Shown: positions 52,023 through 64,000 of the stretch, piece by piece
Layout: every line of letters starts with the position of its first letter
Numbering within the stretch: position 1 is the first letter of the stretch
Assembly: GCF_018350175.1 (NCBI RefSeq)
Contig: NC_058368.1
Location: 223,078,001-223,142,000 of the forward strand
DNA: 64,000 nucleotides
From: Felis catus
Lineage: Eukaryota
Direction of reading: 5' to 3'
Notes under the pieces: generated by a model
The model's input: only the letters and a program-made list of their open reading frames with translations
Databases searched by the model: none
Told to the model about the DNA's origin: nothing
Translations under genes and position numbers: made by a program

Positions 52023-55000
52023 ACACAGTGCATTTTTAAAGTAAAGTTTATGTAAGGGTAGCATTCTCTCCTTCATTTTATGGTTAGCAAAGTACTTCAA
52101 GGTAACTGAATCCCTGGCCCTCCGATGTTAATCTTATAGTAAAAAAGCCAAAACTCCATCGATTTCTTATTTCCATGTACAGTCGCAGTTCTTTCCCCCT
52201 ACACACTCCACATTCCCATCCACATATGTGTCTAACACGCTTCAGAAATGAAACAACACAGCTGCTTCTGGAGCCATCTGTTTTATTGTAAGAACTTCTT
52301 TTAATTTTTATGTAATTTCTGAGCATTGTGTCATTCTTGTATGAGGTTCCTCCTCTTTTATATGGTGACACTGCATGATCAGAGTACTTTTAAATAAGTA
52401 TGTACAAATTGTATGCTGTGCTTATGTTTATATTATCACTAGAATAACATCACCACAAGGAGTTTAGAAATACATAGCCAATAATTAATGTTCATTCAAA
52501 GAAAGTAATGTCTGTAAACGAAAGACCACCCGCATAACTACATTTCAATTATGCAAGCATTACTAACATTAATGGAATAGATTAGTCTTTATGGGAACTA
52601 AAATATTCATATACATGGTTTGCCATTGGCATGGGTGAAACGTAAAGAATCTAATTGTCAGTGGCAAATGATACATTGCAAAAAAAAATTTCTTTCTGAC
52701 TTGATATTTGAATAAATGTCAAATATTCCAAATATCAAATAAGGAATAATTCCAAAATAAGGAATTTAATTTTTCAAATTGGACAGGAAATGTAAGCATT
52801 ATAGCCACTTAGGCAAAAACAACTCTAGAATCTAAAAGTTGAAGTTGTTTCATTCTGAAGGGCGAAACATGGGGGACTCTGGATTTCAGACAGTCTGTTT
52901 TCTTCCTGGGAAGCCATTCATTCCATTTTTTGTGATTTTTCCCAAGTCTGTTTTGCAACAGCCTCAAGGTTTTGGTACAGCTCAACGCAGTGTTTATGCC
53001 CTAATCTGTCTGATCTGAGACACACCTGTCCTTCAGATATTTCAATATTTTCTGATAGTTTTGGTCTGCAGTATGAAGACCTTTCCATTGAAAAAATGTT
53101 TTAGGGATTACCTCATTTAACCTTGTCACTTTGTAGAAGAAGACACATTTTTTAAAAGAGACAGATGCTGCTTCTTGTCACTAACACAAATATCATTAAT
53201 CGCTTCCTCCCTCTGAACCCCTTGCTGAGCATGCATTGCATGTAAAATAAAGGTTTCTTTAGAGCTGTGGAAAGGTGACGGCTTGTTCTAAGGTTTTATG
53301 CAAGGAAAATATCAAGGGAAATGTCATTTGTGTTCCCTTTCCCTCCTAACTTGGTGTATTCCAAGGACCTAACTTTATTTGGCAGATTTCAGCCTACGAA
53401 TACTACAAAATTCAGAGACAACCAAAGGATGATTTAGGGAACTCTGCCTCCTTTACAAACTTACTGCTAATGAGTTATTTGTCCCTAGACAAATTAATCT
53501 AGCTTTCTTCTCATCTGATAAAGGGTAAGGTGTTTTATTCTGTTTGTTCTTTAACTTTTGAAACATGGAAAACTTTTAAGATTCTGGTTACATGGGAGAA
53601 ACATTTTTCAGAGAAAGGAACGTTGCCCAAGCCTTGTGGATCAAATTAGATTCTCAAATTTAAGAGTGTAATTCCCTCAAAGGCTACACTTCGTCTCCAA
53701 CGGCAGATGAATCATATGTTGCTGGAAATTGCATAACCCCAAACAATCCAGATCATTCAAATGTATGATACAGGGCCTGGCACATTCAATTAAAGGCAGT
53801 AAGGCAGCAAAGTGATGAGAAACATGCACATCTAGTTTCAAATACTGACTTCTGGAATTTTGTGGAAAATAAACTCTCCAAACCTTGACTCCTAATCTCA
53901 TATTTCTACCCATCTGGGCTAGTGTGGAAGTAAGCCATTACCTATGTAACCAAATGTAATGGTACCATGCTGTCAACATAAACACTAGATTTATTAACTA
54001 GGAGATTAGGACATCTACATGGTCATGAGCATAAGGTATAGGCACCTTTGAAAAGAGATCATTCTACTCACCATACTAACCATTTTTTTTTATCTTGGTT
54101 TGTTAGAATTTCTTATCCTCTCTTTAAGGCTAATGTTACCCCACTTTCTCTGTAAAACATAGCTTGTCCATTCTTGTTGAAAAATATCTTGCTCTCTTAA
54201 GAGTTCTAGTATATTCTATTGTCTGGGTCCTTTACTGAGTTCTCCTTTTCCTCCAAACTTTGCGTTTATTGTGTATATCTAAACCTATATTGACTTATGA
54301 GGTATTATTAGGTAATGCATTCACAAGTCTTCATCTTACAAATCCAGAAGTGGCCACCATCTTAAACAAAACAAAACAAAACAAAACAAACACTTAGGAA
54401 AATGGCTTACATTGTGTGGATTGATAGGTGGGCCTTGCCCTGTCTTTCTCAACATCAGTTATCCATCCTTTACAGATGCCCTATTTCCTCATCACAGATG
54501 CTGGACACTCTATTTGATTTGCAGTATAGGAGTGCTACCTGTCTGGTTTATTGGTGGAAAGTGAATTCACTTCCTTTCTCTAAAAATTTTCTTCCACAAC
54601 TCATCTCCAAGTGTCAATTGATTCCATTCAAGGATGTTTGTGTATTGTCAAATTGGAGGTATTTATTCTGTACTAATTATCCTAATGTTATTTCTTTACA
54701 AATATCAAGTAAAGGTTAAAGATTCTCAAGAGTCATTGCTCTAGGTTTTTGTTTTGGTTTTTGGAAACCCACAGTAGTTCATGCATGAGTATCTTGGATT
54801 CCTTCCAAAACCAGTGTCACTACCTGACTTTCCAATTAAAGAAAATAGAAACCGGAGCAGAGAGATCAGCAGGGGTGAAACTGAGGTCTCACTTGATGAG
54901 ATGTAAGTGAGGTAGTTAGGCAACTCCCTAATGATCTCAGAAATTGCATGAGGTCACCGGGGACTTTTTATGTCTTTGTTACCTGCCATTTTAGAGATGC

Positions 55001-56252
55001 CAATTTGTTATTCCTAATACTGTACCCAGGAATGTGTGACAACATCAGCCTCTTCTAAAGCTCGTTAATACACAAATGCTTTAAACCAATAAGTTTTCCT
55101 GTCCTTCTTTTCTTCCTATTGTAAGTTACGGGAATCCTCATTCTTTACAGTCATTATCATCCTAGTAATTCACCTGTGACAACCTTCTTTTACAGATAAA
55201 ATTTAGCCCAACAGAAACCAGAATGAATAAAGATCAGAGCAGCTTACAGCATTCCAGAACTATTTCATATATAAATCTCCTTTGAACAAATCCAGGCAGT
55301 TCATGCACAGGTATCAATAATGATATTGCCGAGGTCCCTTCCTGACTCTCTTGGGCTTCTGTGAATTTGAGAGAAAGTAAAGGAAATGTACACAGACACT
55401 CATGTCCTCTGCATTATAGAGATGGATGGGCTGAGTGTCAGTTTTGAAATTTTCTATTTCGATAGTCCTTCTCACTGTTCCTTCTAACAGGGCAAACATG
55501 ATTATATTAGGACAAACCCATCATTTCACAATATTTGCGCAACTTTCTTATAGCTCTCCTTTTCCATGCATCTATGAAGGTGTAGCTGGTCCACAAAGCC
55601 ACATCTGTTTTCGTCCTCCTAATTCCTAGCACTATGCCAGATTTGTTGGGATAATGAACAATTTTCTCCATCTCTCTTCTTCTTGGCCAATCACATCTCG
55701 GTAGGTCTGAATTCCTCCTTATGCCCTTAATTGATATGCATAAAGTACACATTTGTACAGCATAACTCAACTTTTTTTTTTTTTTTAATTCACGACTACT
55801 TCCTACTTTCCTCACAATGTAACATGGCCAATCATTGCAACTTATGCTTCGTGAATGACAAGAATGAGTTTTGGTTGATGCTGAAGCAAATATTTATTGG
55901 TGCCTACTGGAAGAACTATATCAATCACATGTGTATATCTTATTATCATGTCACTGTTTTGGCAGCCATGTCATAACATTCTTGTTCATGTGCTTCTATG
56001 AAGGTAGCTTCAGGGTAAATACAACACAATGGAAGTTAGATTATTTGCTTTGTACGTATGGTACACCCTGAGGTGTTCTCTCAGAACTGTTGTCAGGGAG
56101 TGGGGTTACCTGCCAGCTGCCAGCCATTAACAACTAAAGAGTCCATTTTCTCTGTTAAGCTGATGACATGCCCTTCCCACGTGTCCCTCAGCCAATAACA
56201 GAGCAAGGCGGTGATACAAGGGCCTAGATGTTTCTACCCAATACAGGACTTC

Positions 56253-56459
56253 ATTTTTTTAAATAATTTATTCATTTTTGAGAGACCAAGACAGAGCGTG
56301 ATCAGAGAGGGACAGAGAGGGAGACACAGAATCTGACACAGGCTCCAGGCTCTGAGCTGTCGGCACAGAGCCCGATGCGGGGCTCGAACCCATGAACTAT
56401 CAGATCGTGACCTGAGCTGAAGTCAGATGCTTAACTGACTTGAGCCACCCAGGCACCTC
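56253..56459 (-). mobile_element. SINEC_Fc-type SINE
   Basis: Typical body. Near-TSD CTACCCA..CAGGACTTC. Confidence 0.94.
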
Positions 56460-56959
56460 TACCCAGTCCAGGACTTCTTTAATGGCTGATCTTTTTCTGG
56501 AGCTACCTGTCGGGCTGGAAAAAAAACTTTGACACCTAGATTCATTATGGCCCTCTCCGCAGTAAGGGCACTTTAGGTCGGGAAATAAATGCAGTTCTTA
56601 GAGGGACACAATCATCTAAAAAAAGAGTGAAAATAGTATCCTTATATCTTTATATCTTTATTGATAGAATAACACGTTTCTTAAGGGGAAAAAAGTCTAC
56701 CAGAATGAAAACAAATGTGTACTTTAGTGTTTCTTCTTGTTATATGCTTCTTTTGTGCAGTAATTAAAAACTCACATAAAGGTATAAGTAGAATATATAC
56801 GTATTGTCTCCTTTTAGAATTTGGGAAGATTTCCATAGCTGATACACGTTATGAATGATTCACTCTCGTGTTTTGTATTTAAATTGGCATTATAAAGCAT
56901 CACTTTTGAGGAGCTGTAGAGTTTGAGAGGTTCTAGAAGCTCTATGATTCACCCTGAGA

Positions 56960-57542
56960 GGGAGCATTCAAAGATGCCCTCTAATATTTCCATGCTTCTG
57001 TGGTACTGGTGCCACATAATGCCTGGGCGTGTCAAACGATGGATTTTACTCCTGCTATGTTATAAGGCACAGTTGACCTTAAGATGGGGAAGTGATCCAG
57101 GAAGGCCTGACCTAATTACATGAGCCCTTTAAAAGTAGATAATTGTCTTCAGTGGGGGAAACGAGGAAGTCACGGATTTGAAGCAAGGGAAGGATTCATG
57201 GCACCACGGCTGGCTTAAAGCTGGAGAGAGCCATGTGGCAGAAACTGTAGGCAACTTTCTGGAGCTGAGAGTATCTCCCCGTTGACCACAGTCAAAGAAA
57301 AATACCTCAATTCTATAACTACAGGGACTAAATAATAATAACAACCAGAAAGAAGTAGGGAATGGATTTCCCCAGCACAGCCTCCAGATGAGAACTTAGA
57401 TTCGCAGACACCTTAATTTCAGCCTGTGATCCCACAGAGCAAAGAACTCAATTGTGCCACGAATTGGCTTCTTACCTCCAGCATTGTGTTATTTTACAGC
57501 CTTGAGTTTGTGGTTTCTTGTTACATAGCAATAGAAACTGAG
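56960..57542 (+). mobile_element. MLT1-type solo LTR (ERVL-MaLR)
   Basis: gaccttaagatgggga...cctaattacatgagccctttaaaag, agcctccagatgagaac and tttgtggtttcttgttacatagcaatagaaact terminal motif. Confidence 0.85.
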
Positions 57543-59195
57543 TTGTGTTCTTTCATGTTTTAGAAATAATACAATTAGAAAGCATGCCTTTTTTGAACTT
57601 TCCAAATAATAAACTTTAAAATTCACTATTTTGGTTCATAGAAAGTGATTTTGAAAATGAGTCTTTCATCATTTTTTAATAAATAGCACTGAATCTCGCC
57701 GCCGCATGGAAACATCCTTGTTTTAAGTAAGCAGCAAAACAACCTCAATAATTTTGCTGTAAATTTTGAAATTTGAACATAACATTAATTGAAAAAGAAG
57801 CCTGAAAGTGTAGGAATTTTTCTGGGAGAATGGCCAACCTTTTATATGTTCTCATGACAATGTTACGAAGGAAAGAGATTCGTCAGTGGAATTCTAAAAA
57901 GTGGGTAGTTATTCTATTTATAATAAGAATAGTATAACATTTCTGACCCTCCTTCCTCAAAGGCAGACTTTACTGTAGGCATTTACCTTATTCTGACCAT
58001 GAAGATGCTTATTCTCTTTGAGCTTTGCAAAAATCACCTCCCATATATGGTGCTAATATGCACGAGCACATTTTTTTATATCACAGAGTTCCTTTTTTCT
58101 CTTCTTCTTCTTCCCTAGGACAACCTATTCCATTAGTGATAATTGAGGTGTTTAAAGATTACTGATAAGGGGCTTGAAGTTTCAATATATAATATACAAA
58201 CTATGATGTGTGAATAAAAGCGATGTATTTGGCGTCCACGAGATGATTTTTGGGAAGGTGGCCATAGGAAAGTAGGAGCTTCTGCACTTTAATTTAAACT
58301 GATAAATTTATTCCATCATGGAATGGCCAAAAGGAGCCCTTGTTTAGTAGTTTTAAAGGATTAGAACTCTCAGCTATCAGCAAAGTCTCATTTGCTCTTG
58401 ACTGAACATTCACAATACTGTTTGAAATCACTCAGGAAGTTGTAGTTATACGACTCAGTCAATAGTAAAACTACCATCTGAGTTACATACACAGATTCTA
58501 TTACAACAAATAAAGGAGAAAACAATGGAAAGGATACATGAAACTTCTGTTACCTTTGTTATTTTTAATTTTCTTTCATCTGTGTAACATTCTGGGGTAT
58601 AAGTTAAATAAGTTAGTCTTCTGATAGACTTGAAAGGTCTATTCTCCAGAAGTAAGACACATATATAGTACCCTTGTAATTTATTGGTAATAATGATTAA
58701 TATTAAAATGGTAATTTTATGATAATTTAGAAAATTCTCATTACGTTTACTGAAGAGTTAACAGATTGTATGTGTGTGTATGCTCTATTTATATGTATAA
58801 AACTAAAACACTGAAGAAATGAAACTATTTCTTAGAGCATCTCAAAACACTTCTAGGTAGACTAATGTTAACTAATCATTAACGAGAAATAGATGAATGT
58901 TAATTATGCAAATATTTGACAACATTGGGTGTACATTTTATGCTAACAGGGAAGATGGCTGATATTAATCCATCTTTCCCCAAAGAGAGAAAACAAGTTC
59001 AATTGCATTATGGCCTGATGTTTACAACCCTCTCTTAAGTCCAACTGGTCCAGTGACTTTTCTTTCAAGACAACAATATGAAAACCAGAAGCAATATTTT
59101 AAGCCATAAATGTTAAACCAAACTCCCCCATGAGAGGGAATTTGAATTGTGTAGCATAGCCCAGCAGCCAATACTGTTTCAACCTCAGCACTTAC

Positions 59196-59242
59196 TGCCC
59201 CGTATTGCTGGGGGGAAACTCTCCACAGAACTCCCTTCACTC
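59196..59242 (-). CDS. Putative small internal exon (47 nt): (G)VKGVLWRVSPQQYGA
   Basis: Acceptor tttcctcctgtttacacAG|G and donor GCA|GTAAGT. Phase 1-0 bridges the 63300 and 48311 exons in frame. Confidence 0.5.
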
Positions 59243-60334
59243 CTGTGTAAACAGGAGGAAACACTCTCTCCCTCAGTAGTGCTCGGAGATCCAATTAATC
59301 AATGTAGGTAATGGCATCCAGCAGTGGAAGTGATGCGTAAGAAGTTCTTAATAAATGTTAAATCCTTTCCCACTGAACTTTCTTTTTCATGACCACATGT
59401 TTTAAACAAACAACCATTACTAACACTGAGAAAAATGAGATTCTGTACATATTATATTTTATTCAGATGTTTTCCTTGTTCGGTATCATATTAACCAACC
59501 TAAAAGTCTCCCGTGCATATTGTGTGGATGCTAGGGAGTTAATCTATGTACTTGAACATACAATCCAGTGATCTATAAAAAGCATACGTAGTCATTTCTG
59601 GATAAAAGCAACTTGAGATAACTGGTATTATTTTATAAACAATCTTTTTTGGTGATCCTAATATTAAGGTCCAACTTCTGTTATGTAAAGCTGTTAGCTA
59701 GAACTTTCTTTTGTATTTTCAATAGACAGTGTTGACCTTCTTCCTAATGTTGACCTGCCATTCACAGCTGCGAAGTCGTGTTCAGCACGGCACAGGCACA
59801 GTTTAACCTAACTATGGCTTTCTAAGAAGGGTTCCAAGCTAGACAATGAGGCATTTATATTTTGCTACCTGTTGAAAAACTGGAATTGCTAGGCTTAAAT
59901 ACATGTAGAGGCAAGTAATATATATTATTTAGATAGGTTTTATATTAAATAAATATTTTCTAACTACAGCTTATAGGCTTGGTATATACATTACTTCCAA
60001 ACTTCACAAAAATCCCGTGAGAAAGATACTATCGATTTTGTTTGGTTGGTTTATATTTGAGGAAACTAAAGACTAAATAATTCACCAAGGGTCACATAGC
60101 AACTAATCTGTAAAGTCATCAGTTGACCAAAGGTCATATCTGCCTGTCCACAAACTCCCTCCCAAACTCCCATACAACAAGCTTCTTCAATATGTTCTCC
60201 TGGTAGAGAAAGGCAACCTGTTCTAAGAATAATCTGGGTCAGGTTACCAACATGAAGCAAAACTAAATTAGCTAAGAAGGAATGGTATACAAGTATAATT
60301 AATTTTTGTAAGAGATAGAATAGGAAAACCAGTA

Positions 60335-60366
60335 TTTTTTTTATTTTTTTAATGTTTATTTCTGAG

Positions 60367-60420
<54 letters not shown>

Positions 60421-60581
60421 TGGGGGAGGGGCAGAGAGACAGGGAGACACAGAATCAGAAGAAGTCTCCAGGCTTTGAGCTGTCAGCACAGAGCCCAACG
60501 CAGGGTTCAAACTCACAAACCGTGAGATCATGACCTGAGCCAAAGTTGGTCGCTCAACCGACTGAGCCACCCAGGCGCCCC
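60335..60581 (-). mobile_element. SINEC_Fc-type SINE with a long (AG)n tract
   Basis: Typical body. TSD AGGAAAACCAGTA. Confidence 0.95.
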
Positions 60582-60653
60582 AAGGAAAACCAGTAATGTT
60601 TCAGACTATTTTAGTCTCTAACACCCTTTTATGAGAGAAATGGTTCAAAATAA

Positions 60654-60874
60654 GTTTTTTTTTTAATTTTTAATGCTTATTATTTTGAGAGAGAGAGAGA
60701 GCAAGCGAGTGAGCAGTGGAGGGGCAGAGAGAGAGGGAGACACAGAATCTGAAGCAGGCTCCAGGCTCTGAGCTGTTGCAACAGAGTCAGACGCAAGGCT
60801 TGAACTCACAGACTGCAAGATCATGAACTAAGCCAAAGTCAGACACTTAACTGACTGAGCCACCCGAGCAACCT
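60654..60874 (-). mobile_element. SINEC_Fc-type SINE
   Basis: Typical body. Confidence 0.92.
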
Positions 60875-62794
60875 CAAATGAGTTTTATCAAACTTGGTAG
60901 TTGGTGGATACTTGATAGGACGTCTTTTAAAGCAGAATTTATCACTTTGGAAAAGGGACCAAGTGATAAATGTATAGTCATGGAAGGAGTATGTAAAGAA
61001 AAGGAGTGTGTACAACACGGATATGACATAAAAAAAAGGAATTTGTTGAGTAGCTGCCTTAGAAAACAGAATTGAACATTATAATTTTGAATAGCTCCTA
61101 ACAACAGAAAACGTCTGAAATGACAGAAGGAAAATGAAGCTTAGGACACAAAGACTGATTAAGAGAAAAGAATAGTAGTTAAAAATGACCTGAGCCTTCA
61201 CCACCCGTTATTCTGTTGAAAGGAAATGAAAGTCCTATTTGGAAAACACAGACTGGTGAGGTTTGGCCAAAGACAAAAGTAAAATGCTGATTTGCTTTTG
61301 CTAATTAACTAAATGACTGAAATGTGGTCATTTTCACGCCTACTAGTTTGAAAGTATCTGAATCCATCTTACGTGTTTATATCAACATTCCCTGAATGCA
61401 AACATGACCAGTTAAGTATAAAAATAGAGAAGTTGGAAATATTTCAACATATTTATTATTCTTAGGTTTTCCTATGGACCCTAGAAAACATCTGTATACT
61501 TTACATCAAATTATATGAATTTTCTACATCTCTCAGAAACCTGCAACATTCCACAAGACAAGAAAAAATAAGACAAGACATAGCTTCCGTCCCTTAGCTT
61601 ATAGCCAAGTGGGAATATAGCCCACAAACAAATACTTATGGTGTTGTAGGTCTGTGCTTTCATTTAGGAAAGAAGGCAGATTTCTTCAATGCAGTGTAAA
61701 GGGAATGTCCATCACTGCCTTGGAGGGAAGGAAGATTTACAAAGTAAAGCTCTTTTGAGCTAGATCTTGTTAAGTAGAAAACTGAGCAGAAAAGAGTGAC
61801 AGGCTACTCTGGGCAGAGGGAAAGAAATGTACAGAGGCACGAAACAAAAAAATGGTCCAGACAGGTGATTAGTTCAGAACTACTGGAGTGAGATCAGGGA
61901 AATTGTTAGTAAATAAACAACAATATGGAAGACCATCCAAGTTGGGTCAGGGTGTTGCTATATCCTCATTTGTTTTCAAGACAGTGGCTCCCTCTAATAC
62001 TCAAAACCACTGCCTGAATCTGGATGTGAACCTAGAGTAATCACTTCTAGGTGTTCTACATGGCTTGAGTCCCACCACTTTTCACTCTGTGTCCCTTCCT
62101 ACTCATAGAAATAATATATCCATCACTGTTCAAGCTCCTTCAATGACTTAAACCACATATACAACACAATTTAAACCTCTAGTAAAGCTGATGAGAATCT
62201 TCTTCAGCTGCTTATCACCTCATTATGTGCACATATAAAGCCAACTTTTTAGTCGTTCCTAATGACTTACCATTCTCCAACTTTTTCATTCTCGTATGTA
62301 TTACATATTCTCATATCGTTACAAAAGTCTGTAAGTTCTTTCTTTCTTTCTCTACAATGGGGTTACATGGTGACCAGGACAACGCATTCTCATGGTTCAG
62401 AACCTTGCTGAAATAACATTTGATCTTTGAAGAGTTTCCTCACCTCTTCCTTTGTTAACCTCATGTTACCCTTTTCGGGTTTCCAGGGACATTTTACAGA
62501 ACATTATTATATCATCGCAACTCACTTTTCCTATTAGTTACTTTACATAGCATTTAGTTTAAATGCTTTGATAGCCAGAAGGTATATATTATTTCTTCAA
62601 ATAAGCCTAGAAGAATACTAAGCAAAATTGAATTCCAAAGGAAGGTTTTAAAGCAAATAAATGGTATATAAAGAAAGATTAATAAGAAAGCTTGGATTTC
62701 AGTCTTTATACAATGGTTAATTTAAGATATTTTGGCAAAGAAATCGTAGTTTCCTGATGAGATCGGATTTTTAAAATATAATTTTGTTTACAGT

Positions 62795-63235
62795 ATGTGA
62801 TGGATATTGTGAACCTGTATGTTGAACATTCACCCCGACTAACACCTCTTCTTGTATCGCCTTCCTCTGAAAAGCAAAAACTGCATTTCTCAGATTTGGT
62901 TGCATCAAGAGATCCAGGGGGAAGTTAAGTTGATCTTGTCAGTGCACCAATAGCAAGATGCACAGACTTGTGTTCGTTAGAGAGAGGGACCGAGCATTTC
63001 GTTGACTTAGATCACAGACAGTATGATCGTGCAGTGCTTTGCTGTCCTGATCAAAGCTGATCCTGCTTCTTTGGTGACCCAGTTTGGTGGTGTAGTTTTG
63101 GAGATCTTCATGGAAGCTCAGACTTTAAAGCACCATTGAAGATTCTGGGAGCTGTCTGTACCACTTGCTAAATCCCTTTCTTCCTTAGGTAGAATGGATT
63201 TATTTATTTATTTTTTTTTATAACTGAGAACATCA
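62795..63235. mobile_element. Possible old ERVL-type LTR (LTR16/LTR33-like)
   Basis: TG start, aaactgcatttctcaga and taaatccctttct motifs. Recalled similarity only. Confidence 0.35.
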
Positions 63236-63299
63236 GCCAATGAAAAATGTAAACAAGTAACAGCAGAAGACAAAGGGTCCAACAAGTACCGTTACTTAC

Positions 63300-63505
63300 C
63301 GTTGAGATATGGTGGGGGCCGTGCAACGCAAAGCTGAGGACTATGAATATTAGACTGCGGGAATCCATTGAAGTCGTCTTTGAAATAAAGATATGACTAA
63401 AAATTGATTGACCGTGGAAGGAGGATGTCAAAGAAGATGTCAGAGCAGAATGATGTCATCGACATAGAAAGGAATTTCAAGCGGAAGCTGGTATTCGGGG
63501 CAAAG
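63300..63505 (-). pseudogene. Putative exon (206 nt): FAPNTSFRLKFLSMSMTSFCSDIFFDILLPRSINF*SYLYFKDDFNGFPQSNIHSPQLCVARPPPYLN(G); a 97-nt form starting at 63396 is an alternative
   Basis: Consensus donor ACG|GTAAGT at 63299. Acceptor follows a long T tract (AG at 63507-63506). CpG-rich relative to flanks. One in-frame TAG at 63399-63397, which could itself serve as an acceptor AG. Confidence 0.55.
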
Positions 63506-63616
63506 CTTTAGTATATTTTAAAGTAAAAAAAAAAAAAGTGTAGCCATTATTCAACGTAGATTCTGTGGAAAAAAACCTGATATTTCTACAAGGGTTAAAA
63601 TGGATCCTTTTCCTAC

Positions 63617-63796
63617 CTGATGTAAACTTATCAACACCAAATATTACAAGGTCTGTGAAAGATGCTGGAAGGTAATGATTTTATACACTTGAGTAGAAAT
63701 ACAGACATTGAAAAATCAAGTCAATTATATATGCATGACATTTTTGCCTTTCTACTTTCATAACAGACTTGCGTAGAATTCTCTTACATCCACAAA
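63617..63796 (-). other. Possible upstream exon (180 nt), coding status unclear
   Basis: Acceptor tttcatatattttgtatAG|T and donor CAG|GTAGGA give a 111-nt intron to the next exon. The best frame has one TAA (63683-63681), and its phase does not match the downstream frame. Confidence 0.35.
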
Positions 63797-64000
63797 CTAT
63801 ACAAAATATATGAAACCTTTGGAATCCTTTGATTTTTATCCCTAATTTTCATTCTTTAATTTTTTTTTTCCTTTCAGGATTTGTTTAAATTGTTATAACT
63901 CTTTCCTAAGTGAAAATTTATTTTTAAACTGTAAAATAATTTTTAAGGAAAATATTTGGAGGGCTACCTACTTGCCCCTTAAGGTTAAAGGTGTGGATCT

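Larger units (their letters stand above)
1658..63796 (-). pseudogene. Multi-exon minus-strand gene of unknown identity with a stop-interrupted reading frame (candidate unitary pseudogene or truncated gene); 5' end may lie beyond the window
   Basis: Exons 63300-63505, 59196-59242, 48206-48311, 31088-31223, 8306-8485, 7760-7828 and 1658-1898 are flanked by AG/GT on the minus strand and have mutually compatible phases (2-1,1-0,0-1,1-2,2-2,2-2,2-stop). The last exon has AATAAA and a GU-rich element. In-frame stops lie at 63397-63399, 8359-8361 and 8323-8325. Confidence 0.6.

Noticed and set aside
58085..58150. Isolated plus-strand acceptor-like tracts (also near 63878)
   Set aside because: No matching donor or open frame could be chained with them, and pyrimidine tracts are common by chance.
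11260..60570. Recurrent ORFs such as MAQSVK...AQVMISQF...SLEPASDSVSPSLS
   Set aside because: They are translations of CanSINE copies, not a gene family.

Overview
AT-rich mammalian genomic DNA, almost certainly from a felid: it carries about 31 tRNA-derived CanSINE/SINEC_Fc-type elements and L1 3' ends of the cat type. Much of the window is interspersed repeat (SINEs, three large decayed L1s, L2, MIR, Tigger2a, MER20, MLT1/MLT2 LTRs) plus microsatellites, and nearly all ORFs in the supplied track are repeat artefacts. The main non-repeat structure is a spliced minus-strand gene that the ORF track does not assemble. Seven or eight exons with GT-AG boundaries run from ~63.8 kb to ~1.66 kb and end in an AATAAA plus a GU-rich downstream element. 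Seven consecutive exons join in one reading frame, which is interrupted by three in-frame stops (TAG, TGA, TAA). This suggests a unitary pseudogene or a truncated or alternatively spliced gene. I could not name the gene. No prokaryotic-type system, CRISPR array or rRNA is present. Repeat family names come from recalled consensus motifs, and repeat ends are approximate.
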